This document shows positions 38,621-47,955 of a stretch of 64,000 bases of DNA, one piece after another (the stretch's first letter is position 1; each line of letters opens with the position of its first letter). Source of the DNA: a virus. The stretch covers positions 9,434-73,433 of IMG/VR virus record IMGVR_UViG_3300036823_000383; one strand, given 5' to 3'. Both the position numbers and the translations under genes were made by a program. Below the pieces are notes generated by a model. The model had not been told where the DNA came from. It saw only the letters and a program-made list of their open reading frames with translations, and did no database searches.

Positions 38621-39621
38621 CAGACGTACACCCTGACGATGGTGCCAGGGTCGATCGATAGCGGGTCCTCGATGCGGTACTGGTTCAGGTCGAGGAGGTC
38701 CTCGGCGGGCTGCCCGAGCTCAGCGGCGATGTCGAACAGCGTGCGCCGCTTGTCGAAGGTGCGCGTGGTCGTGGCTCGCTTTTGCCTCGAGACGGCGTCG
38801 CTTTCGGCGGAGCTCGCCATGTCGAGGAGTACCGAAAGCTTCCGCGCGAGGCGCGAGCTCGCGGGGTCGGTGAACATCGAGCGCGCCTCCTCCGTCTTGT
38901 CCGAGAAGGTCGTGATGAGGTTCTCGATGTTCCGACGGATGAGCCCGGCCGTAGCGATCGCGTCATCGAGCACCGTGTCGGGGTAGTTCAAGATCCCCTG
39001 CAGCTGGTTCACCGCGTCGACGAGCGCGTCGAGCGAGCCATCCCAGACGCCGGCCTGCTGCGCGTCGAAAACTGCCTCCTGCACGATGCGCGGCCCGCTC
39101 GATCTCGCCGAGGGTCGCGTGACCTTGCTGCCGTCGATCGAGTCCTCGTTGTCCTCGACGAACGTGAACACCACGCCCGCGGCGTCGCGCTCGGCGTTCG
39201 CGTCCTCGGTGCGCTTGTACGTCAGCGCACGCGCGCGAACGCGACCAGTCGTGGGCAGAATGAGATCGCCCGTCTCCTGCGCATCGAAGGAGTCGAGGAT
39301 CTGGTTCAGCACGTCCGGGTACTGGTTCTGCGAGTCGTCCAGCCCGGGCTCGTCGATGGTGTTGTTCTGGAAGAGGCAGGTGACGGTCCACTGGCGCTCC
39401 TTGCCGCCGGTCGAGTCGATCTTCACGCCCTTCCGGTACGGGCGCTGCCGGAGGACGAGGCGGTTGCCGCCCTCCTCCTCGATGCGCTGCACGGAGAATG
39501 CGATGGGATCGCCGCCCGCAACAGCCCACGTCGCGACGTCGAAGCCCTCCCACACCTCGGTCGCCGGGTTGTCGGCGATCGGGTTCTTCTTCCGCGCGGC
39601 GTTTAAGTCTGCTGCTCCCAT
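38620..39621 (-). CDS. Mu gp43-like DNA circularisation N-terminal domain protein with LysM-like end
   Basis: GGNRLVLRQRPYRKG..DSTG, GDLILPT.G, TLFDIA..LN..IEDPL. Confidence 0.8.
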   Translation of the reverse strand: MGAADLNAARKKNPIADNPATEVWEGFDVATWAVAGGDPIAFSVQRIEEEGGNRLVLRQRPYRKGVKIDSTGGKERQWTVTCLFQNNTIDEPGLDDSQNQYPDVLNQILDSFDAQETGDLILPTTGRVRARALTYKRTEDANAERDAAGVVFTFVEDNEDSIDGSKVTRPSARSSGPRIVQEAVFDAQQAGVWDGSLDALVDAVNQLQGILNYPDTVLDDAIATAGLIRRNIENLITTFSDKTEEARSMFTDPASSRLARKLSVLLDMASSAESDAVSRQKRATTTRTFDKRRTLFDIAAELGQPAEDLLDLNQYRIEDPLSIDPGTIVRVYV

Positions 39622-39624
39622 GGG

Positions 39625-41694
39625 TCACCGGTTCGAAGGGGTAGGGGTGCTGCCCGGCACGTTCGGCAGACCCGCCACGGGGCCGCGTGAGCCGTTCCCG
39701 CCTGCGCCCCCCGGAGGCTTGATGCCGTTCAACGCCGCTGCAGCCGTGCGAGCGCCGCTGACGAGGTCCCGTAGAACCTTGCTGACGTCGTTCGCTGAGC
39801 GCGCCGTCTTCTTCAGGCCGTCGGCCGCATCTCGTCCGGCGGCGCCGGCGGACTTCGACTCCGGCTCCTGCGGCTTGAGCTGGACGGGCGGTGGCGGCAC
39901 GAGGGAAGGCGGCGCGTTCTTCACCTTGAAGGCCATCTCGCGGTCGTAGTCGGCGCCGCTGACCGCTTTCGACGGACCGGTCATCGCTTCGCCGATCGCA
40001 GCGAAGATCCCGCCTTGCCCCTTCGTCTCGTCGACGAGCTTCTTCAGGTTGTAGATCGTCGCGATCACGCCACCGGCTGCGGCGAGCCCCACCCCGGCAA
40101 CGGCGGCAGTTCCCCCGGCGGCGACGGCAGCGCCGGCGCCCGCGAGCAACCCCCCGCCTCCGGCTGCGGCGGCCGTGCCGGCGCCCGCTGCTGCCACCGG
40201 AGCCGCCATCTGAGCGGCTTCGGCGGCGCCGACGAACCACTCGGGCATCGTCGTAGCGGCGGCCTCTGCAGCTGCCGCACCGCCCGTCGCTGCTGCCTCG
40301 CCGGCAGCTGCGGCCGCCCCACCGCCTTTGAGCGCACCGAGCAGCGCCTTCCCGCCGGCGAGCGCGAGCCCACCCGCGATGACGCCGCCGACGTCGGACG
40401 CGACCTTGCCACCGACGATGGCCGCGCCCGTCGCGACCGGGTGATCGACGGCGACACCGACGAACTCGGCGAGCTTGTCGGCGAGCTTCGGCATCGCCGC
40501 CGAGATCTTGTCCATCGCCGCGAGGACCTCGGGGCGCTCGAACGCCTTCGTGAAGCGGTTGAGCGCCGCGTCGAGGTTCCTCGATGGCTCGTTCAGGCGC
40601 GCCTTCGCCTGCGCCTCGAGCTCCGCCGCGGTGAGCGTTATCTTGCCGGCCTGGTCGAGATAGTGGTGATACGCGTCGAGACCCGCCTGGGTCTTCTGCT
40701 TCACCGTGCCCTGCATCTCGTTGAAGGCCTTCGAGTAGACCTCGCCGAACTGCGAGATGAGCTTCAGCTGGTCGCCGCTGAACGCCTTCGCGAGGATCTC
40801 TTTCTTGCCGCCCGAGTGGCCGAGGATCTTCTCGATCGCGTCCTTGTCGGTGACGCCCTTATGGGCAAGCTTCACGTGGAGCGTCTTCTCGACCTCCTTC
40901 ACCTTGTCGGTCGCGCCGAGCGTGTCGAGGAGCCCGGCGACGGCGCCGATGCTCTTCTTCAGGCTGCCCGTCGCACCGTCGGCGACGTTGAGCATGGCGC
41001 CGATGCGCTCGAAGCCCTTCTCGCCCTGGAGCCCGAGCTGCTTCGCGCTGGCGCCGACGATGGATAGCTTCTCGCCCATCGCCTCGATCGAGATGCCGCC
41101 CTTGTTGCCCATCGCGATCGCCGCGGCCATCGCCTGCGGGAGCTCCTCCTTCGTGATGGCGAACTTCTCGTTCAGCTGACCAGCGACGACGGTGAGCGCC
41201 TGCATGCTCGCGCCCGTCGCGGTCTGCGCTTTGGCCACCTCTTCGGTCGCGGCCTTCGCGTACTCGACGTCGCCGATGTCCTCGTAGAGCCCCTTGAAGC
41301 TCGCGGCGACCGCGGTGTTCGACTGCTTCCAGCGGTCGCCGACGCCCTCGATGTCCTTCTGAATGTCCCGCCAATCCGTCGCCGCGCCCGTGCCAGCCTG
41401 GATCGCGAATGCGAGATCTCGATACGACGAGACGAGCGCGAGCGCGTTCTTCACGCCGCCGCCGAGTGTGAGCGCGCCACCGAGCGTGACGGCGGTCTTC
41501 AGCGTGGACGCGATCTCGGAGCCGAGATTCCGGATCGAGTCGACGCCCGCCTTCGCCCCATCGCTGAGCGCGCGCTTCAGCGCGTTGCCGGATTCCGCGG
41601 ACGTGCGCTTCGTCTCGTCGCCCATCCGACGGAGGCCGGCGACGTAGCTCGAGGACTCGAGCGTCGCCCGTACCGCTGCGTCGCGCGTCGCCAC
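39625..41694 (-). CDS. tape measure protein
   Basis: 689 aa Ala/Gly-rich helical, after chaperone. Confidence 0.85.
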   Translation of the reverse strand: MATRDAAVRATLESSSYVAGLRRMGDETKRTSAESGNALKRALSDGAKAGVDSIRNLGSEIASTLKTAVTLGGALTLGGGVKNALALVSSYRDLAFAIQAGTGAATDWRDIQKDIEGVGDRWKQSNTAVAASFKGLYEDIGDVEYAKAATEEVAKAQTATGASMQALTVVAGQLNEKFAITKEELPQAMAAAIAMGNKGGISIEAMGEKLSIVGASAKQLGLQGEKGFERIGAMLNVADGATGSLKKSIGAVAGLLDTLGATDKVKEVEKTLHVKLAHKGVTDKDAIEKILGHSGGKKEILAKAFSGDQLKLISQFGEVYSKAFNEMQGTVKQKTQAGLDAYHHYLDQAGKITLTAAELEAQAKARLNEPSRNLDAALNRFTKAFERPEVLAAMDKISAAMPKLADKLAEFVGVAVDHPVATGAAIVGGKVASDVGGVIAGGLALAGGKALLGALKGGGAAAAAGEAAATGGAAAAEAAATTMPEWFVGAAEAAQMAAPVAAAGAGTAAAAGGGGLLAGAGAAVAAGGTAAVAGVGLAAAGGVIATIYNLKKLVDETKGQGGIFAAIGEAMTGPSKAVSGADYDREMAFKVKNAPPSLVPPPPVQLKPQEPESKSAGAAGRDAADGLKKTARSANDVSKVLRDLVSGARTAAAALNGIKPPGGAGGNGSRGPVAGLPNVPGSTPTPSNR

Positions 41695-41729
41695 GGCCGG
41701 CCCCTACTCCGCGAGGGGTGTCCGTGTCG

Positions 41730-41975
41730 CTACCGCGGGCGGAGGCGCTTCAGCCCGAACCCTTTGAGCACGAGTGAGCCGTACTCGAGGAAGGCATCTA
41801 TGTCCTCACCCCGCGCGCCCCGCATCGTGTCGAGTAACTGCTGCGGGGTGATCAGCCCGCAGTCGATGGCTCCGACGACCCAGGCGAGGACCTGGCCTTC
41901 AGATAGGCCAAGTGCAGCTGCGCCATAGTGATGAAATAGATCTCCTGCGTAGCGTCGTCGAATGCGAATAAAGGG
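41730..41975 (-). other. -1 programmed frameshift site (C CCT TTA at 41975-41969) and GT extension
   Basis: In-frame X XXY YYZ heptamer; -1 frame open to TAG at 41732-41730. Confidence 0.8.
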
Positions 41976-42517
41976 GCGAGGTTCTGCCTTGCGACGAGCG
42001 CGGCGCTGAGCGCCGTCATCTCCTCAGCGCGCATGCCCCCGAGCTTCGGGTCGAGCACGCGTCGGTACTGCGCGAGCTTCCCGTTCACCTGCTCGAGCGA
42101 TGGCCGGTCGTAGCTCTTCTCGAGCTCGCGCGCATCGAACGCGAGTTGCTCGTACGGGAACTTCGGAGAGCGGATCGCGAACCAGAGCTTGCAGAGCTCC
42201 TCGAGATCTTCGAAGAGGATCTTGTCCTTTTCCGGGTCGATCTTGTCGCTCTTCGCGATGCCGTATGCCTCGACACGGGCCTTCCGCATGTCCGGTCCTC
42301 GGAGCACGCGGAGAACGATCGGCTCGGCGACGAACGTGCCGGTCTTCGGGTCCCGCTTGTAGATCTCGTCGGGGAATCCGATGCTCCCGTCGGCTAGCTC
42401 GATCGCGCCGAGGTCATCCCACTTCTTCGCGGCGACCTGCTCCCAGACATGGGCTCGGTCGTCCTCGCGGAGCTTCTCGTTCCCCGCCAGCGTTGCGAAT
42501 GGATCGGCTTCGCTCAT
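41852..42517 (-). CDS. tail assembly chaperone (G)
   Basis: Between tube and tape measure genes. Confidence 0.75.
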   Translation of the reverse strand: MSEADPFATLAGNEKLREDDRAHVWEQVAAKKWDDLGAIELADGSIGFPDEIYKRDPKTGTFVAEPIVLRVLRGPDMRKARVEAYGIAKSDKIDPEKDKILFEDLEELCKLWFAIRSPKFPYEQLAFDARELEKSYDRPSLEQVNGKLAQYRRVLDPKLGGMRAEEMTALSAALVARQNLAPLFAFDDATQEIYFITMAQLHLAYLKARSSPGSSEPSTAG

Positions 42518-42563
42518 GCCCGATCACCGTACGGGCAAAACGGTGTCGCGGTCCAGGGCGCGG

Positions 42564-42938
42564 CTAGACGTACTCGCCCTTGCCGATGAGGTGGCAGGAG
42601 TACTTGATGGCGTCGTCGACGCTGCCCTCCGCGGGCCGCTCGGTGAACGCCCCGGTGAAGGTCATCGTCTCACCGGGGAACTTCACCCGGATCTGCACGA
42701 TGGTGAGCGCCTTCACGGCCTTCAGGTAGTCGCGCTCGAAGCCGTCCTCGTCGACGAGTGCGTCGAAGGAGACCTCGCCTTCCTCCGGGCCCTTGGTGAT
42801 GCCCGCGGGACTGCGCTTCAGCGTGTGCTGCAGCTTCGCGTTGTTCTTGATGTTCGTCTTGACGTTGACGGCCTGCACCAGGTCGCCGGCGCCGAACGCG
42901 ACGCGAGCTTTCGGATAGACCTTGAAGTCGTCGGACAT
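42564..42938 (-). CDS. tail tube protein
   Basis: 124 aa directly after sheath. Confidence 0.75.
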   Translation of the reverse strand: MSDDFKVYPKARVAFGAGDLVQAVNVKTNIKNNAKLQHTLKRSPAGITKGPEEGEVSFDALVDEDGFERDYLKAVKALTIVQIRVKFPGETMTFTGAFTERPAEGSVDDAIKYSCHLIGKGEYV

Positions 42939-42948
42939 CGCGCTCTCC

Positions 42949-44478
42949 TCAGTTGAACCGCTGCCCGACCACGCCGAACTTGGCGAGCGGCTTCACGATC
43001 TTGAAAGGGATGACGAGGTTCACCTGCGTCTCGTCTCCGTCGTCGACGGCGACGATCAGCGAGCCATCGGCAACGGCCGCTTCGAACGCCTGGAGCTGCA
43101 CGACGCCCTTCTTCACCCAGACCTGGCGGATCCGACTGACGACCCACGCGCGGACGTCGCGCTCCTCGATGACGCCCTCGATGTCCGGCGGGTCGCCGTC
43201 CGGAGGAACGTCCCGCATGATCTTCGCCCGCGGGAAGACGAGCGGCAGGTTGTCACGGATGTCGCGAACGACGATGAATGCGCCGTCGACGTTCTGCACG
43301 TCCAGGCACCGACGGTCCGCGCCGCCAGAGGCGTCGAGGCTGTACGTCGTGATGGGACGAATCAGGACGGGGTCACCGCTGACGTTGTATGCGACGAGGG
43401 ATACGCCGTTGCCGAGCGCGTCCTCGCTCGTCGCGAGCACCGGGTTGTCCGTGATCGGGTCGATGGAGCCGTAGATGCCGTCGAGCACCTCGCCGATCCG
43501 ATTGCCCGCCGGATCGATCGACACGACCGCGAGCCGAGCGCCCGCCTCGCGCCCGGAGATCTCGCAGGGGAGCGAGAGGGCGTTCGGCACGTCGACATCT
43601 TCGAACAGCGGTGAATTGAGGCCGATGGCCCCGACCTTCGTAGCGCTGAGCGCTCCGGTGCTCGCGATGATGCATTGCTGCAGCTTCGCGTTGAGCCCGC
43701 TCCCCACGTTGCCCATGATCGTCCGGATGCGCTTCGCATTCGCGGTTCCCGACGCGGACTGCGCGTCGACGTTGCTGAGGCACGGGACGATGTAGTGGTA
43801 TTCCTTGCCGCCCGCGGCCGTCGCGATCGCCGTGTAGTCCGGGTCGCTGCTGCCGCCGGACAAAGCAGTGAGGGTCGCAGCGCCTGCAACGGCTTCCGTG
43901 CCGTTCTGCGCGGCGTTCAGCTTCACACGCACCTTGCAGTCGTTCCCGTTGTTGCCGGTGACCTTGAAGGTCAGCGTGGTGACGCCAGTGCCGCCCGACG
44001 ATGCCGTGAGCGGCAGGTCCGTCGTTTTCGAGCTGATGGTCGCGATCGCGTTCGCCTTGAACGTGTCCGCGGATTGTCCGGCGAGCCACGGCACGTCGAT
44101 CGAGCGACCGGCGATGAGCCAGTTCACGCTCTGGTCGGCGACGGGAGATCCCGACGCGGTGATCGAGAGAGTGGCGCTGCCCGTTCCGGCGGTCGGCGCG
44201 CCGAAGTCGACGACGGCCGTTGGGTACTTCCGGTAGATCTGTTTCGCCGCAAGATGACCCACGGAGCCGGAGCCGTACGCGAGCGACGCCGTTGCCTCGC
44301 CGCCACCGGCGCGGATCTCGGTGTCGACCGTGAGGTTGCCGGAGCTCGCCTTCGGCGCGAGCAAGAGCACACGGAGCGGCGCGGAGCCGGGGCCCGCTGC
44401 GCCGGCGAGAAGATCGACGGAGACGTAGACGCCGGGCGTGAGGGTCGCCGGGCTGACTGCCTTCGGAATGGTCATCAT
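42949..44478 (-). CDS. contractile tail sheath protein
   Basis: TPGVYV, LAYGSGS, LGNGVSLV, IRPITTY (Mu gpL-like). Confidence 0.9.
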   Translation of the reverse strand: MMTIPKAVSPATLTPGVYVSVDLLAGAAGPGSAPLRVLLLAPKASSGNLTVDTEIRAGGGEATASLAYGSGSVGHLAAKQIYRKYPTAVVDFGAPTAGTGSATLSITASGSPVADQSVNWLIAGRSIDVPWLAGQSADTFKANAIATISSKTTDLPLTASSGGTGVTTLTFKVTGNNGNDCKVRVKLNAAQNGTEAVAGAATLTALSGGSSDPDYTAIATAAGGKEYHYIVPCLSNVDAQSASGTANAKRIRTIMGNVGSGLNAKLQQCIIASTGALSATKVGAIGLNSPLFEDVDVPNALSLPCEISGREAGARLAVVSIDPAGNRIGEVLDGIYGSIDPITDNPVLATSEDALGNGVSLVAYNVSGDPVLIRPITTYSLDASGGADRRCLDVQNVDGAFIVVRDIRDNLPLVFPRAKIMRDVPPDGDPPDIEGVIEERDVRAWVVSRIRQVWVKKGVVQLQAFEAAVADGSLIVAVDDGDETQVNLVIPFKIVKPLAKFGVVGQRFN

Positions 44479-45038
44479 TCGCTCCCAGCGCGACGACGCG
44501 CCTTAACGGGCGGCGCTTCAGCCGCGGTATCGATGAGCTCGACCGCCTTCGCGGGCGCGGGTTCCGGCGCGACTTGAGCCGGCGGGAGATCGCCGCTCCC
44601 TGGAAGCTGGTCGGCTGGTCCGAGGAGCGGCGTCTCGGTCTGCTCGAGCGTGCCTTTGACGATCTCGGCCTTGGCGGCTTCCGCCTTGGCGGCTTCCGCC
44701 TTGGCGAGTTCCGCCTTCTGCTCGGGCGAGGCGCTCTCTTCAGCCTGCGCTTTGCAGAAGGTTTCGAACTCTTCCTTCGTCTGAAGCTTCAGCGACCCCG
44801 CGGCGAGCTCCGTCTGCCAGGCCTTGAGGTGCGCCTGTACATCGGCAGCCGGGATGAGGTGGACCTCGTCCGTGAGCCACTCGAGCTCGTCGAGCTCCTG
44901 GCTGCCGTCGGGGCGCGCGCGCATCTTCGCGCGCACGCCAATCCACTGCGGCTTCGTCGTCGGGCTCCCCGAACCAGGACGACCGACGATGTGCCCCTCG
45001 ACGGAGCTGACGTAGAGATCGCCTTCCGGAACCTTCAC
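44475..45038 (-). CDS. hypothetical protein with KAEAA repeats
   Basis: GTG 7 nt after late motif; ATGA overlap with sheath. Confidence 0.7.
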   Translation of the reverse strand: MKVPEGDLYVSSVEGHIVGRPGSGSPTTKPQWIGVRAKMRARPDGSQELDELEWLTDEVHLIPAADVQAHLKAWQTELAAGSLKLQTKEEFETFCKAQAEESASPEQKAELAKAEAAKAEAAKAEIVKGTLEQTETPLLGPADQLPGSGDLPPAQVAPEPAPAKAVELIDTAAEAPPVKARRRAGSE

Positions 45039-45045
45039 GCTCGCG

Positions 45046-45076
45046 GCCCTACTCCGCCGCGAGCGCGCTATGTCAA
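45046..45076 (-). promoter_or_regulatory. promoter TTGACA-N18-GTAGGG
   Basis: Perfect -35; same spacing as at 51860-51889. Confidence 0.7.
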
Positions 45077-45082
45077 GCTGGC

Positions 45083-45271
45083 CTACTCCGGGTCACGCTG
45101 CTTCGGGAGGACGCAGATCGCTCTCTGGTCGCTCGCGCACGCGTCGCAGAGCTGGCGCAGCACACGGCGCCGGCCCGCTTCCTTGCGGGCCTCGTCGTCC
45201 CCGTGCCACGCGCGCACGCCAGGCACCGCGCCACCGACGCAGTTCTCGACGCCGTTCGGGCAGGTCGCCAC
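45083..45271 (-). CDS. small Cys-rich protein, probably leaderless
   Basis: TATACT (45284-45279) 7 nt before GTG. Confidence 0.5.
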   Translation of the reverse strand: MATCPNGVENCVGGAVPGVRAWHGDDEARKEAGRRRVLRQLCDACASDQRAICVLPKQRDPE

Positions 45272-45313
45272 GGCGGGGAGTATACGGGCGGATGAACCGC
45301 GCGCCCGCGACCA

Positions 45314-46309
45314 TCAGGGATCCTGCGGGATTGTTGTTTTGACGTTCGTCGTCGTAGGCAGCGGGTTCGGGTCCGTCGGCAGGTTCGTGTCCGGGTTCAC
45401 GGAGCTGATATTCGCCGTCCGCCACGTCGCGAAGGTGCGCGGATCGTACTTCGAGTAGACGCGCGTCGTCGCGAGCCGCACGCCGTAGACGTAATACTGC
45501 TGGTAGAACGGCGTCCGCCCAGCGAGACGGAAGCGGGAGCGGATCTGCACGCCGTCGATGTCGCTCACGCGAATCCCGAGCACGTCGTCGAACCAGATCT
45601 GGTCAAATAGAAGGTCGCTGCAGTTCTCGAGGATCCTCATCCCCTCGGCGCGCCGTCGCATATCGGAGTCTTGCCGCGAGGTGATGACGAGGAGAGACCA
45701 CTGCTCCTTGTACGCGAGGCGCCCACGCGCGACGCGCGCGGTGCCGCGGTTCATCGTGCTCATCGTCAGGCCGTCGGCTGACTCGCTGCCCTCCCACACG
45801 AGCACGAGCGCCGGCGTCGCGCCGATGGCGGACGAGAACAGCTCGAGGTCCAGATTCGGCGCTCCTACCGATTCGTAAATCGCGGCGTACTGGACGAGGT
45901 CCTCGCCGAAGATCGGCACGTCGGTGCCGCCGGCGAGGGGGTTCGCGACCGTGACGAAGAGCGGGTTCGCGATCTGGTCGAGCCCATCGGGAACCGCACC
46001 GTCGAGCCACTGCAGCTTCGTGCCCGCGGGCAGGTTCTGCTTCACGCCGCCGCACAGCGACTCGACGTCGATCGTCTGGGAGCCGGTCACCTGCCAGCTC
46101 CCGTCGGCGTTCGCTGGATTCGGGAGCACGCGATAGATGAGGTCCGGACGGATCGAGCCGTTGATTACGGCCGCGAGCCACATGTTCCGGCCGATCGCTA
46201 CGGGCGCGGTCAGCGGCGGATTGAACGACGCCTTGCCGCCCGCGCGTGTCCCGCACAGGCGACCGACGATGCCGATCAGGCCCCGCGCCTGATCAAGGGT
46301 TGTTGCCAC
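45314..46309 (-). CDS. tail terminator-like protein with inserted baseplate-J-like barrel
   Basis: Position; TPALVLVWEG..WSLLVIT..ILE..DLL pattern. Confidence 0.6.
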   Translation of the reverse strand: MATTLDQARGLIGIVGRLCGTRAGGKASFNPPLTAPVAIGRNMWLAAVINGSIRPDLIYRVLPNPANADGSWQVTGSQTIDVESLCGGVKQNLPAGTKLQWLDGAVPDGLDQIANPLFVTVANPLAGGTDVPIFGEDLVQYAAIYESVGAPNLDLELFSSAIGATPALVLVWEGSESADGLTMSTMNRGTARVARGRLAYKEQWSLLVITSRQDSDMRRRAEGMRILENCSDLLFDQIWFDDVLGIRVSDIDGVQIRSRFRLAGRTPFYQQYYVYGVRLATTRVYSKYDPRTFATWRTANISSVNPDTNLPTDPNPLPTTTNVKTTIPQDP

Positions 46310-46430
46310 GCTTCTCCGTCTGCCGGACCGCGACGACGGGGCGCTTCGGTCCCTGCGAGACGGCCAGCTTCTTCGGCTTCGGAACGGCCTTCACCACGCT
46401 CGGCCCGTCGCGCTTCTCGGTGAGTCGCAT
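46293..46430 (-). CDS. small basic protein (45 aa)
   Basis: ATG 6 nt after late motif; hand translation MRLTEKRDG... Confidence 0.45.
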   Translation of the reverse strand: MRLTEKRDGPSVVKAVPKPKKLAVSQGPKRPVVAVRQTEKRGNNP

Positions 46431-46463
46431 AACGCGTCCCTACACCGCGGGACCGACATCGAG

Positions 46464-46880
46464 CTACCCGATGACCTCTCGCAGGAAGAGGTCCACGATC
46501 TCGTCGCTCGCGCCGTCGATGTCGATGTCGAGGAAGTCGCGCACCGGCATGATGCCCTTGCTCGAGTGCCCGCTCTTCTCGGGCGGCAGGTGATAGACGC
46601 CGTACGGCACGTCCGTGAACGCCGTCGCCCAGTCCTCGCCGTAGTCGGGCTGGATGCTGCCCGCGAGCACGCCCGTGTCGTTGAGGGTCTTCCCGCCCTC
46701 GAGGAGTGCCCGGAGGCTCGGCTTCCACTGCCCGCGGCCCTCCGAATAGAACTCGTAGTCGACGGCGTCGACGAGTACCTGAGCCGCCGACGGCATGAGC
46801 GCGCGCACGTTGCCGCCGCGGGCAATCCACTCGTCGAGGACGCCGTCGAGTTCGCTGGTGTCGAAGCCGACCTTCACCAT
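46464..46880 (-). CDS. virion morphogenesis protein (Mu gpG/P2 gpS-like)
   Basis: WKPS..KTLNDTGVLAGSI..PYGVYH..MPVRDFL. Confidence 0.85.
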   Translation of the reverse strand: MVKVGFDTSELDGVLDEWIARGGNVRALMPSAAQVLVDAVDYEFYSEGRGQWKPSLRALLEGGKTLNDTGVLAGSIQPDYGEDWATAFTDVPYGVYHLPPEKSGHSSKGIMPVRDFLDIDIDGASDEIVDLFLREVIG

Positions 46881-47380
46881 CAGAAGCCGCCGCGCGGGCT
46901 CCGGCTCCGTCCCGACGGTGCGAAGACGAACGGCTTCTCGCCCGAGCGCAACGACGGCCGGATGAGTCCACCCGTCTGCTTGTTCTGCTGGCCGCTCGGC
47001 GTTGCCAGCCCGCCCTTCGACATCTTGTCGATATCGGTCTTCGCTGCCGTGTAGCGCGCCCAGTAGCGGCCCTTGCCGTCCTCGGCGATGAACTCGCCCT
47101 TCGTCTCGGACGCGAGCTCACAGGCTATCCACGCCATCTTCGCGCGCAGGCTGACGTCGGGGCCGTGGGCGCCTGGCGTGCCGACCATCGCCGTCACCTG
47201 GTCGAGCGTGAATGCGCGAAGAAGCAGCGCGAGCGCTTCGCCCTCGGCCTCGGCGAGGATCTCGTCGATGACGCTTTGCTCGGCTCTTCCGTCTCCGTCC
47301 CGATCGAAGATCTGGTCGACGCGCGCCGCGGTGATGCGGCTGTCGAGATCGGCCCGGGAAAGGAACTGGGGCGTCGCCAT
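46880..47380 (-). CDS. head-tail adaptor (Mu gp36/DUF1320-like)
   Basis: FLSRADL..ILAEAEGE..RY.AA pattern; position. Confidence 0.75.
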   Translation of the reverse strand: MATPQFLSRADLDSRITAARVDQIFDRDGDGRAEQSVIDEILAEAEGEALALLLRAFTLDQVTAMVGTPGAHGPDVSLRAKMAWIACELASETKGEFIAEDGKGRYWARYTAAKTDIDKMSKGGLATPSGQQNKQTGGLIRPSLRSGEKPFVFAPSGRSRSPRGGF

Positions 47381-47418
47381 GGGACGCCCCTACCGCGCGA
47401 CGATGACCCGGGTGAAGG

Positions 47419-47865
47419 TCAGTCGACGACGTGCGTCTCGGCGACGACGTGGCCCTGCCGCTCGAGCTCGGCGAGCTCGCTCTGGCTGAAGCCCGTCACC
47501 GGGTTGCCCGGCGTCATCACGGTCTCGCCGTGTCGGAGAACACACTGCGCGATGTGGCGCCCCGTGTGCCGGCGCTCCTTCGGAGGCGGGAGCGGAGCGA
47601 GCTGGCTCATCCCCTCGTCGTCGTCGCCTTCGTCGCCCTCGTCGCTGTCCGCGCCGGAACCGTCGTCATCGGAGTCCGCGTCGTCGGGGGTGGAGTCGTC
47701 ATCCGACGTCCCGTCGGGGGCGTCGGCCTCGTTGCCCGTTGCGTCGGCGGTGTCCGTCTCGGCTTCGGCGCCGGTGACCGGAGCGCCGCTCGCGCCCTCC
47801 ACCGTGCCCGTGGCGGTTGCGGTTTCGCTCGTCGTCTTTGCGTTCTTGGCGCGTCGTCGTCCCAT
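47419..47865 (-). CDS. acidic low-complexity protein after capsid
   Basis: ATG 7 nt after late motif. Confidence 0.7.
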   Translation of the reverse strand: MGRRRAKNAKTTSETATATGTVEGASGAPVTGAEAETDTADATGNEADAPDGTSDDDSTPDDADSDDDGSGADSDEGDEGDDDEGMSQLAPLPPPKERRHTGRHIAQCVLRHGETVMTPGNPVTGFSQSELAELERQGHVVAETHVVD

Positions 47866-47955
47866 GGCTGCGCCCCTACCACGCGACTTCCGTCCCCCAA
47901 AGGCAGAGGCCGACGTCCCGTCGGGGGCGTCGGCCTCGTTGCCCGTTGCGTCGGC
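47703..47955. repeat. 46-bp exact direct repeat (47703-47748, 47910-47955)
   Basis: Read directly; offset 207 bp. Confidence 0.95.
47906..47937 (-). terminator. hairpin after major capsid gene
   Basis: GAGGCCGACG / CGTCGGCCTC stem followed by TGCCTTT. Confidence 0.6.

Noticed and set aside
37289-38986. 565-aa + strand ORF
   Set aside because: Antisense shadow of baseplate genes; expected in high-GC DNA
44668-44718. 15-bp tandem repeat
   Set aside because: Simple coding KAEAA helix repeat
45093-45314. Arg-rich ORF starting at the TGATG overlap
   Set aside because: Off-frame-like composition; the overlapping 45083-45271 ORF has better support, though this is not certain
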